Assembly: GCA_009923445.1 (NCBI GenBank)
Contig: RFTN01000003.1
Span: 65,260 to 129,259, forward strand
Direction of reading: 5' to 3'
Origin: a bacterium
GTDB taxonomy: Bacteria; Patescibacteriota; Saccharimonadia; Saccharimonadales; SZUA-47
Length of the DNA stretch: 64,000 nt
The notes below the pieces were generated by a model. That model saw only the letters and a list, made by a program, of their open reading frames with translations. It had not been told where the DNA came from and did no database searches. The stretch's first letter is position 1; the number at the start of each line of letters is the position of its first letter. The translations under genes were made by a program, and so were the position numbers. Below are positions 43,683-51,137 of this stretch, piece by piece.

Positions 43683-46336
43683 AACCTAACTCTCCAGTAA
43701 TAACCATTTTGAATATTACTCAACACAAAAACACTTGTACGATTACTTTCTATAGTATATATAGCTTCATCTATCCAAGAAATACCATTATCCATACTTT
43801 TCTGTAGTTGAATGCCTACATTAAAATTATTAATATTATTAATTATTAAATTTTTATTAACTCTATTTATTAAAGGAGGAGTAATATTTCCTATATTATA
43901 AATATAATTAGTGCTCCAAGCACTTGGTATAACACCATTAATATCATATGCTCGTGCTCTCCATAATGACGGAGTATTAACTGCTGTTGTAGTATAATTA
44001 CCACTATTAGCTAGTATATTAATAAAATCTACATCATTCCAAGATAAGCCGTTGTCAAAACTTCGTTGTACTTGACAATTAACTGTAAAATCGTTTATAT
44101 TAAACAAATATGTGTTAGATAGTGCTTGACCAGGAAAATCTGGATTAGCCCTTAGTATTGGCGGAACAATATTAGTAGAAACATTAGGATCAGTATAAGA
44201 TATATATGGAGTAATTATACTATTACTATATATCGGATTATTTTGATTATCATAATACATCATGGTTATTCTGAATCTAGCACCACCAGAATATCCACTT
44301 ATTGATGGAAATACGGCTTGTGTATATACTTTAAAGTTTAAATATGATGTAGTTAATGTAGTATTCAATATCCAATTATTGGTATTAACAATATTGTATT
44401 CAATATAATAATATATTGATCCTATATTTGAACTAGGAATACTTGGTACAGAACAATTATCATAAGACAAATCAATCTGCGCTAGCTGTATCGATGAAAT
44501 ATTATTGGACGCAAGCCATGAAGGAGTCGCTGAAGATATTAAACAACTTCCTATTGCTCTTGTCGTTGTGGTGGTAACATTAGCTGTTGTTGCTCCGCTG
44601 GTGGTGGTAACTCCGCTGGTTGTGGTAACTCCGCTGGTTGTGGTAACTCCGCTGGTTGTGGTAGGTCCGCTGGTTGTGGTAACTCCGCTGGTTGTGGTAG
44701 TTACTCCTGCGGTGGTTGTTGGAGCGGGACTAAATTGCAAAGAGATGTTATCATTAATTAAAGGTGTTTTGTTAATAGCTAAAATTCTATTAACTCTATC
44801 TATACCAGTAATAGTTGTATTTGATGGTATCCCCGATCCAAAAACTATATCTCGAACTTTTACATTGTTTAAATTATTGTTATTATCTTGAGTAATAATA
44901 ATTATATTGATACTTGGACTAATTTGTCCTATGATAGTATTTAAAGATGTAGATAAAAATAATGTTTCTAATTGTTGTGTTTCAGTTGTATTATTACTAA
45001 TTTTAATATAATTATCATTAGAATTATTAATATAAGTAATAACAGTATTTTCTGGTATACCAGAACCAGATATTGTTGAACCCAATTTAATTTTATTAAT
45101 ATCATTAGGTTCAACAAAAATAATATTAGTATTAATGCTATATGTGCCTAAAAAAGAAACCAATGGGCCAGACGTTGTTGTTGGACCAGTACTTGTTCTT
45201 GTTGTTTCACAAGTACAAGAATCACAATAGAATGTGGTTCCAGATGAACAATTTATAACAGGATAAAAAATATTTCCTGTACAATTATATGTAGGACATG
45301 GTGGGACCGTAGTAGTTGTGCTGGTGGTGGGGCCGCTGGTGGTGGTGGGGCCGCTGGTGGTGGGGCCGCTAGTTGTGGTAACGTTACTAGTAGTAGTAGT
45401 AGTAGTAGTAGGTATATTAGTTGTGGTTGTTGTAATAATTATACTAGAATTACAATCAGCATTATTACATGTTTTGAACGGTTTAAAAATTGTGCTAATT
45501 GTTTGTGGTCTTGGAATATTACATTCTGACTCTAACATTTCTTGACAATCAAAATATTGTTGTCCACCATTACTAGTATTCAAGTAGAAACAGCAAGAAC
45601 CCATTACTGACTGACTATTAATAATAGCTGAACCAGCAGTAATATTATTAATTGATGATAATACCGTAAATTCTGCTGAATTAATAACTTTATTTACAAC
45701 ATATTGGCCCACAGCAGTATTACCAGTAATAGGATAAAAATTAATAGTTTGACCAGTTATTAAATTATGATTATTTAATTGACAAGTTATAACAGATGCT
45801 TGTTGGCTATAATTTATCTGATAATCAGTGGGGGCTTTGTAAATAACATATGGAGTAAAATCATTTTTATGTTGAAATAAATAAGTATTAAATTTAATTA
45901 AAGAAGATAAAGAATTAATATTAGACAATGGATTATAGGAAATAAATCCTGAACCAAAAGAATTTATTGCATATATTTTTGTAATTTTATTATCAAAAAT
46001 AGAGTCTTTAAGAACTAAATTTTCACCATAATAAGTAATAATTTCTAAATTTTTTCTAGCAACTATGAACGAAGGAGGTTCTACTTGTTGAAACCCAGAA
46101 GGTATCGATAGACTATACGGAGAAGAATCAAAGCTTTGAATTATTACAGATTGGTATTTTTGCAGAGATGATAGTGAATTAATATTAGATTCTGGAGAAT
46201 ATGATACGAATCCGCTGCCAGCATTATTGCTGCCGTAAACTCTTACTAAGCGACTATTCTCTGACCCGTTAAGATCCTGTATATTTACCTGATCATATAG
46301 CCATTGAACAAAAGATATTGGCCGATTTATTTGCAT
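43436..46336 (-). CDS. giant Thr/Cys-rich modular fibre protein, proximal part
   Basis: 966 aa; duplicated N-terminal modules, one G-S-C-C cysteine module, TSGVTT linkers, and two FN3-like modules (YWRVRF..G.G..VTSW) at the end before the frame change. Confidence 0.7.
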   Translation of the reverse strand: MQINRPISFVQWLYDQVNIQDLNGSENSRLVRVYGSNNAGSGFVSYSPESNINSLSSLQKYQSVIIQSFDSSPYSLSIPSGFQQVEPPSFIVARKNLEIITYYGENLVLKDSIFDNKITKIYAINSFGSGFISYNPLSNINSLSSLIKFNTYLFQHKNDFTPYVIYKAPTDYQINYSQQASVITCQLNNHNLITGQTINFYPITGNTAVGQYVVNKVINSAEFTVLSSINNITAGSAIINSQSVMGSCCFYLNTSNGGQQYFDCQEMLESECNIPRPQTISTIFKPFKTCNNADCNSSIIITTTTTNIPTTTTTTTSNVTTTSGPTTSGPTTTSGPTTSTTTTVPPCPTYNCTGNIFYPVINCSSGTTFYCDSCTCETTRTSTGPTTTSGPLVSFLGTYSINTNIIFVEPNDINKIKLGSTISGSGIPENTVITYINNSNDNYIKISNNTTETQQLETLFLSTSLNTIIGQISPSINIIIITQDNNNNLNNVKVRDIVFGSGIPSNTTITGIDRVNRILAINKTPLINDNISLQFSPAPTTTAGVTTTTSGVTTTSGPTTTSGVTTTSGVTTTSGVTTTSGATTANVTTTTTRAIGSCLISSATPSWLASNNISSIQLAQIDLSYDNCSVPSIPSSNIGSIYYYIEYNIVNTNNWILNTTLTTSYLNFKVYTQAVFPSISGYSGGARFRITMMYYDNQNNPIYSNSIITPYISYTDPNVSTNIVPPILRANPDFPGQALSNTYLFNINDFTVNCQVQRSFDNGLSWNDVDFINILANSGNYTTTAVNTPSLWRARAYDINGVIPSAWSTNYIYNIGNITPPLINRVNKNLIINNINNFNVGIQLQKSMDNGISWIDEAIYTIESNRTSVFVLSNIQNGYYWRVRFWSLGDGTDVTSWAELPQPAELPQPAELPQPAELPPPAELPQPAELQLPEGSQPPKHQQQNYLLQKLFLLDVTTIYLVRNKM
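43520..43646 (-). repeat. 18-nt tandem repeat array 2 (same unit), in the overlap of the two giant ORFs
   Basis: About 7 units. Read as TSGVTT in the 40698..43682 frame and as AELPQP in the 43436..46336 frame. Confidence 0.95.
44563..44722 (-). repeat. 18-nt tandem repeat array 3 (same unit)
   Basis: About 7 units ggtaactccgctggttgt with minor variants. Confidence 0.95.
45305..45440 (-). repeat. degenerate Thr/Ser/Gly/Pro linker repeat array 4
   Basis: tggtggggccgctggtgg units then (agt)n; encodes TTSGPTTSGPTTTSGPTTSTTTT. Confidence 0.85.
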
Positions 46337-46393
46337 GATATACCATGTCGTTATATACTATATAAATACACGATACACTACACCAAAAATATA

Positions 46394-46654
46394 TCATGAG
46401 ATTGTATTAATTTTGTCCCATTTATTTATAGGACATTGTTGATCACCCCAAGCTAATTTATTCATAAAAATTTTACGATCATTAACAAAACAACCACATT
46501 GTAAACATTGGTTATTTTTAGTGTCGAAAAATTCACATGTACGACAAATACCAAACCTGTATAATATTTGTTCTTTTGATGCTTTAGGGTATCCCGAATA
46601 GATATGCCAAAATAAAGATATTAAAAAATTTTTAACTTGATATGGTTTGATCAT
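46394..46654 (-). CDS. small cysteine-rich (zinc-binding-like) protein
   Basis: 86 aa; CRTCEFF...CLQCGC...CPINKW. Confidence 0.45.
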   Translation of the reverse strand: MIKPYQVKNFLISLFWHIYSGYPKASKEQILYRFGICRTCEFFDTKNNQCLQCGCFVNDRKIFMNKLAWGDQQCPINKWDKINTIS

Positions 46655-46916
46655 TTTGTTTAAATTCTTTTAATGACAAAATATTACCATCAATATCTCT
46701 ATAATAGAGATCTAATAGATCAACCATAGTATTAGCGTCTAACCATTGACTATATCCATTTTCAAAATTCAAACATAGTTTTTTTGTTTGGCTTTTATTA
46801 ATTTTAAAATCAGCAGATAAAAAATATTTATTATTATTATATAAAAAAATACTTCCTGGAACTAATTCCTCTAAATATTTCATTATGTAGATTCCCAATC
46901 TTCCCAAGCTTCCCAA
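46632..46916 (-). CDS. hypothetical protein
   Basis: 94 aa ORF overlapping both neighbours. Confidence 0.4.
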   Translation of the reverse strand: MGSLGRLGIYIMKYLEELVPGSIFLYNNNKYFLSADFKINKSQTKKLCLNFENGYSQWLDANTMVDLLDLYYRDIDGNILSLKEFKQNDQTISS

Positions 46917-47068
46917 GCTTCATCAGCTCTTGATTCTTCGATTCTTTTTTTAAGCTGTTTTTTAGCTTTATTCATAAATTTCTGTTCTTCTGAAATATCT
47001 TTCTTCGAACGATTGTGGTTTTGAAGACTTTGCCTTCTGCTGTCTTTTCTATTTTCGGGGTCTTTCAT
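46883..47068 (-). CDS. small highly charged protein
   Basis: 61 aa Lys/Glu-rich ORF directly downstream of a strong promoter. Confidence 0.45.
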   Translation of the reverse strand: MKDPENRKDSRRQSLQNHNRSKKDISEEQKFMNKAKKQLKKRIEESRADEAWEAWEDWEST

Positions 47069-47107
47069 TTTATTCGTTGATTAAGTGATAATTTGTGTAT
47101 ATAGAGT

Positions 47108-47136
47108 ATATTACGTCATCGTTTCTGGCTTGTCAA
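47108..47136 (-). promoter_or_regulatory. sigma70-like promoter TTGACA-17-TAATAT
   Basis: Minus strand gccTTGACAagccagaaacgatgacgTAATAT, about 40 nt upstream of ATG 47068. Confidence 0.6.
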
Positions 47137-47159
47137 GGCTAAATTAAAATTTCTATCAC

Positions 47160-47188
47160 TTGCAAGATTGCTAGCTTCAGAATAATAT
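47160..47188 (+). promoter_or_regulatory. sigma70-like promoter TTGCAA-17-TAATAT for the plus-strand glycosyltransferase operon
   Basis: Plus strand cTTGCAAgattgctagcttcagaaTAATAT, followed by GGGAGG (47200-47205) and ATG 47217; divergent from the minus-strand promoter. Confidence 0.5.
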
Positions 47189-47216
47189 TGTGCAGGTCCG
47201 GGAGGTTAATACATAT

Positions 47217-47981
47217 ATGCAGAACACTATAGGGATTGCTATTGTTTGTACAAATGCATACTTTATTCTTGGTATAAGATTTATCAAAAAGTTCATGTAT
47301 CATTATAAAGGCAGTGCTGATATTATTTTTTATATTTTCACAGACACCGACCCGTCAGAATATCTTGTAAATATTCCATATAAATATATTCATAATGAAC
47401 ACAAAAGCTGGGTTGATGGTACTAATTCTAAATTTGAAAATATAATTAAATTATATCAAGAAAATTGTGATTATTTATTCTATTTTGATGCTGATACAAA
47501 TATTACTAGGCCTTTTGATGAAACATGGTTTATTGGTGATCTTGTTGCTGGCGAGCACTACAACAATAGGAGTTACGCTATTGACATTAAAAACAAACCT
47601 TTCGAAAGAAATCCAAAGTCAAAAGCTTGTGTGCCACTTGGTTCACCAAGAACGCAAACTTATTGTTATGGAGCATTTTTTGGTGGAAAAAAAGATAATG
47701 TTATTAACATGTGTAAAACTTTAAAAGAAAATCAAATCGCTGATAAATTAATTAATTTTGAACCATGCTGGAATGATGAAAGCTATCTAAATAATTATTT
47801 TCATTATCATGATGTGACTATTGTGCCTTCTGATAAATTTGCGTTTGGGGTTAGCGATAAAGGTGGAATAGGAGACACAAGAGATATGAAACTACAAACA
47901 GAAAAATATAAACAAATATTGCTAACACAACCAGACAAACCATTCGAGTTACATAATAAAGAAATTCTATTCATAGACTAG
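47217..47981 (+). CDS. GT6-family glycosyltransferase (ABO / alpha-1,3-GalT-like)
   Basis: CDYLFYFDADTNI, FERNPKSKACVP, YCYGAFFGG and EPCWNDESYLNNYF parallel bovine a3GalT VDFLFCMDVDQVF, YERRKESAAYIP, YYHAAIFGG and EAQWHDESHLNKYF. Start moved to ATG 47217. Confidence 0.75.
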   Translation: MQNTIGIAIVCTNAYFILGIRFIKKFMYHYKGSADIIFYIFTDTDPSEYLVNIPYKYIHNEHKSWVDGTNSKFENIIKLYQENCDYLFYFDADTNITRPFDETWFIGDLVAGEHYNNRSYAIDIKNKPFERNPKSKACVPLGSPRTQTYCYGAFFGGKKDNVINMCKTLKENQIADKLINFEPCWNDESYLNNYFHYHDVTIVPSDKFAFGVSDKGGIGDTRDMKLQTEKYKQILLTQPDKPFELHNKEILFID

Positions 47982-47982
47982 T

Positions 47983-49305
47983 ATGTTTAATACATTTTTT
48001 GAAACTATAGATAGTACTGATCAATTAAGTATTAAATATACTAATCTTTATTATCTAGATAATCAATTTTGGTATTTTACTACTGACCCAAAAGAAAAAC
48101 CTCCATATGTTAATAAGTGGACCAATACCTATGGATGGAGACCCAACATCAAAATATTTGATAGTCAAAGTAATATACAAACTTTTTTAACATACAATTA
48201 TCCAAACATTGAGAGTATTTCACTTGGCCTATTAAGCGATAATCTTTGGTACGGAAATGTCGGACACGCCTTATTTGATGGTCTATACCCAGTATATTTA
48301 GCATCTGTAAAATTTGGATACGACGATTCTCCATTTGTATATCTAACGAATGATTGGACTAATAACAAAGTAACTGCTGATGAAGCAATACGACTATTTT
48401 CTAAAACTAAACAGATACTTAACTATCCTAAAATAGATAGAAATATTATTTTTAATACTTTAATATGTGGTACCGGAAACACTGGTAATAGAGTTATATC
48501 CAAACAATATACATTGTATGGTAAAAAATATGATGCTATCTATAAGTTTAAAAAACGAATAATGCAAACTTGTGGGGCTGAACATGATAGATTAATCAAT
48601 AGTCCTATTCAAGGTATTATAGTCCATAATAAAAGATATAGTGTAGAAGAACAAAAAATTATAGATAATGTTATAGAATATTTTAATACTCAACAAAATA
48701 TTATACAAATAAAATATATTGACTGGGCTAAATTTAATTGCTTTAGCGATCAAATGAAATTTTTACAAAATATAGATCTCTATATTACAGGTCCTGGTAC
48801 TGGTATGATGTATATGCCTTTTCTTAAAAATGGTGCAATTAATATAAATCTAGGATATATAGAGCATACCCAAACCAATACTGCGAGACCTAATATAAAA
48901 ATATTAAATAGTCATCATGATGATCATATATTTCCTGGATGGATGGAACAATCAGTATGCGCTGGAGCCGATTACGTTAGCACACTATACTATGATAGAT
49001 TTAAATATAATAATATAGACTATAAATATTTAATTAGCCTTATTGAAGATAGTATAAATTTAATTCAATCTAAAACTAAAAGAAATACTAATCATAACAT
49101 AGATGCGCTAGTATTTATTGAATATTGCAATAATGTGGATAATGCAGACGAACTTTGCGCATACTTGACCGACATGGGGTTTTTTATAGAGTTATTTGTC
49201 AATGAACACCCATATGCCATACCAAAACATATGGTGGATATAAATCTATTAAGAAAAATAAAAGATAAATTTGGAATGGATCGCAAATATGAAATTAAAA
49301 CCTAG
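47983..49305 (+). CDS. putative glycosyltransferase (GT61/DUF563-like)
   Basis: 440 aa; GHALFDGLYPVY near the N-domain and IIVHNKRYSVEEQ...DQMKFLQNIDLYITGPGTGMMYMPF resemble GT61 layout (H..D, R...N..E, s..eq...., G.G). Assigned by recall only. Confidence 0.4.
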   Translation: MFNTFFETIDSTDQLSIKYTNLYYLDNQFWYFTTDPKEKPPYVNKWTNTYGWRPNIKIFDSQSNIQTFLTYNYPNIESISLGLLSDNLWYGNVGHALFDGLYPVYLASVKFGYDDSPFVYLTNDWTNNKVTADEAIRLFSKTKQILNYPKIDRNIIFNTLICGTGNTGNRVISKQYTLYGKKYDAIYKFKKRIMQTCGAEHDRLINSPIQGIIVHNKRYSVEEQKIIDNVIEYFNTQQNIIQIKYIDWAKFNCFSDQMKFLQNIDLYITGPGTGMMYMPFLKNGAININLGYIEHTQTNTARPNIKILNSHHDDHIFPGWMEQSVCAGADYVSTLYYDRFKYNNIDYKYLISLIEDSINLIQSKTKRNTNHNIDALVFIEYCNNVDNADELCAYLTDMGFFIELFVNEHPYAIPKHMVDINLLRKIKDKFGMDRKYEIKT

Positions 49306-49316
49306 CAAAGATATAC

Positions 49317-50234
49317 TTAGATCACCGGATATAGTATACCATATCCCTCATATTCTTTTTTGCCTGCGTATTTTGGATCAGATAGATGCTTTGACAGCTT
49401 TTTAAAAATATCTATATAGTCATCAGACGTAGCAAGTTTTGTTTTATTATTAATATTATGAGACAGCAAAAGACTAGCACAACCAACAGCGAATGGATTA
49501 CTCATACTAGTTCCGCTCATAATAGCATAACCATTATTTGGTACAGTACTTACTATCTCATGCCCTGGTGCTAAAAAGTCTAGTTCTTCACCAGAACAAG
49601 AAAAAGATGTCCTATTAAAATTTTTATCAATGGCTCCAATACATATTACTTCTGAATATTTAGCTGGATACATAATAGGAGATCTTTCTCCAGCATTACC
49701 AGCAGCACAAAATGTTACTATTCCTTTACTAGCAGCATATTTTATAGCTTTTTCTATACCAATAAATGGAGAAGGAGAACCCAAAGACATAGTAATAAAG
49801 TCCGCTCGGCGATCCGCTGCATAAATCACAGCCTTTGCTATGGCTTCTGGATCACCCTGTCCTTCATCATTAAGAGCCTTGAGAGGCATTATTTTAGTTT
49901 CTGGAGCAACACCCACCATACCTTTATTGTTGTTGCAGGCGGCGATTGTTCCACTGACATGAGTACCATGACCATTGTGGTCGGTTGGGTCTTGACCTAA
50001 CTCTATGAAATTTTTACCTTCTATTATATTATCTTTTAAATCATTATGATTGAGATCACATCCAGTGTCAATTACGGCAACAACAACGCCTCTGCCCGTC
50101 GCATAATTCCATAAATTTTGTATGTCAAATTTAGTAATCTCCCATCCTAAATACTGCCCACTATCACTAGATAAACCGTGCAAATCTTCTCTTTCATAAG
50201 GCAATAAACCCCAACTATTTTTTCTTCTGCGCAT
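49317..50234 (-). CDS. subtilisin-like (S8) serine protease
   Basis: Catalytic triad motifs VAVIDTGCD (Asp), HGTHVSGTIAA (His), GTSMSNPFAVG (Ser). Confidence 0.85.
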   Translation of the reverse strand: MRRRKNSWGLLPYEREDLHGLSSDSGQYLGWEITKFDIQNLWNYATGRGVVVAVIDTGCDLNHNDLKDNIIEGKNFIELGQDPTDHNGHGTHVSGTIAACNNNKGMVGVAPETKIMPLKALNDEGQGDPEAIAKAVIYAADRRADFITMSLGSPSPFIGIEKAIKYAASKGIVTFCAAGNAGERSPIMYPAKYSEVICIGAIDKNFNRTSFSCSGEELDFLAPGHEIVSTVPNNGYAIMSGTSMSNPFAVGCASLLLSHNINNKTKLATSDDYIDIFKKLSKHLSDPKYAGKKEYEGYGILYPVI

Positions 50235-50979
50235 TTTGCGTCTCCTTAATAGTATTTTCTATCCATTCAATATGATAGCTAATTCTGGTGTGTCCACTTT
50301 CATCTCCATATGAAGCGTCACCTTTTTTATCCCTAGCAAATAAACAAGAATTTATTCCTGCTAATTTATTATTAATAAATAAACCACCGCCGCTATCTCC
50401 TCCTGCTATTAAAAATTCTAATTCTGTTTTATCAGATTCCAAAGAAGGAGAACATATTAACATATTTTTTTCAATTTTATCTATTATATTAGAGCCTGCC
50501 CTCCTTTTTCCATCGTCTTTGTGAAACCCTGTATTAAAGTCTCCCGTTAAACCAAAACCAGACATATAGCATATTCGTCCCACTTCATCATTAGTATTAT
50601 ATAATTTTGGATAAATATCTAAATCTAAACTATTATCTAGTATTAATATTGCAATATCATTACAATCAAAATCATTATTCTTGAAATTAGGATGTTGTAT
50701 AACTTTATTTACAGAATATACTTTATTATTATAATCTATAAAACATCCTTTGGATTTATCTACAATATGTGCTGCTGTTAATATATAATTTGGACTGATA
50801 GCTACTGCTGACCCAAAAAATAAATCATCATTTTGATATTGTCCTATTATTTTTAGAACATATTTAAATTTTGATCCAAATTCAATATGTTTAGTATCAT
50901 CAGTAGATGGAGATATAGTACCACTATAACTAGTAGCACTAAATAATATAGAATATATTAATACCAGTATAAAAACCAT
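50215..50979 (-). CDS. trypsin-like (S1) serine protease with signal peptide
   Basis: LTAAHIV (His), NDIAILIL (Asp), GDSGGGLF (Ser); N-terminal MVFILVLIYSILFSATSYSG signal-like segment. Confidence 0.8.
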   Translation of the reverse strand: MVFILVLIYSILFSATSYSGTISPSTDDTKHIEFGSKFKYVLKIIGQYQNDDLFFGSAVAISPNYILTAAHIVDKSKGCFIDYNNKVYSVNKVIQHPNFKNNDFDCNDIAILILDNSLDLDIYPKLYNTNDEVGRICYMSGFGLTGDFNTGFHKDDGKRRAGSNIIDKIEKNMLICSPSLESDKTELEFLIAGGDSGGGLFINNKLAGINSCLFARDKKGDASYGDESGHTRISYHIEWIENTIKETQNAQKKK

Positions 50980-51018
50980 ATACTGCCCTCAATATTGAAA
51001 TTATTTTTACTTTATTAA

Positions 51019-51102
51019 ATACACTACAATCGACTTTAATATTAATATCTATTCCTTTTAATATGAATAAAAAGGAAAGAAATGACCGATTGTAGTATTA
51101 CA
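51019..51102. other. nested inverted repeats in the ruvB-protease intergenic region
   Basis: actacaatcg (51023-51032) pairs with cgattgtagt (51088-51097). Inner ttcctttt (51052-51059) pairs with aaaaggaa (51070-51077). Confidence 0.6.
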
Positions 51103-51137
51103 GAGGCAGTAAATTATTTTAGATTGACAGTATAGTT

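Noticed and set aside
43436-43690. Programmed -1 ribosomal frameshift as the explanation of the split giant gene
   Set aside because: I found no X XXY YYZ slippery heptamer or obvious downstream stimulatory structure in the permissible window. A single-G indel (an error or a real mutation) explains it more simply. The possibility is kept open in the findings but not called.
42958-44722. Regularly spaced identical 18-nt repeats that might suggest a CRISPR array
   Set aside because: The units are directly tandem with no spacers, are in-frame coding sequence (TSGVTT), and no cas genes or leader are present.
40705-45545. Plus-strand Val-rich ORFs (40705..40890, 40990..41235, 42172..42420, 42871..43161, 44505..44891, 45318..45545), the third-frame ORF 43453..43668 (RSYHNQ repeats) and other short alternative-frame ORFs in the giant genes
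   Set aside because: These are artefacts of stop-free ACN/GGT repeat units that stay open in several frames. The Thr-reading frame is the one continuous with the globular modules.
51124-51129. TTGACA hexamer on the plus strand near the ruvB 3' end
   Set aside because: No matching -10 element follows and there is no plus-strand gene downstream.
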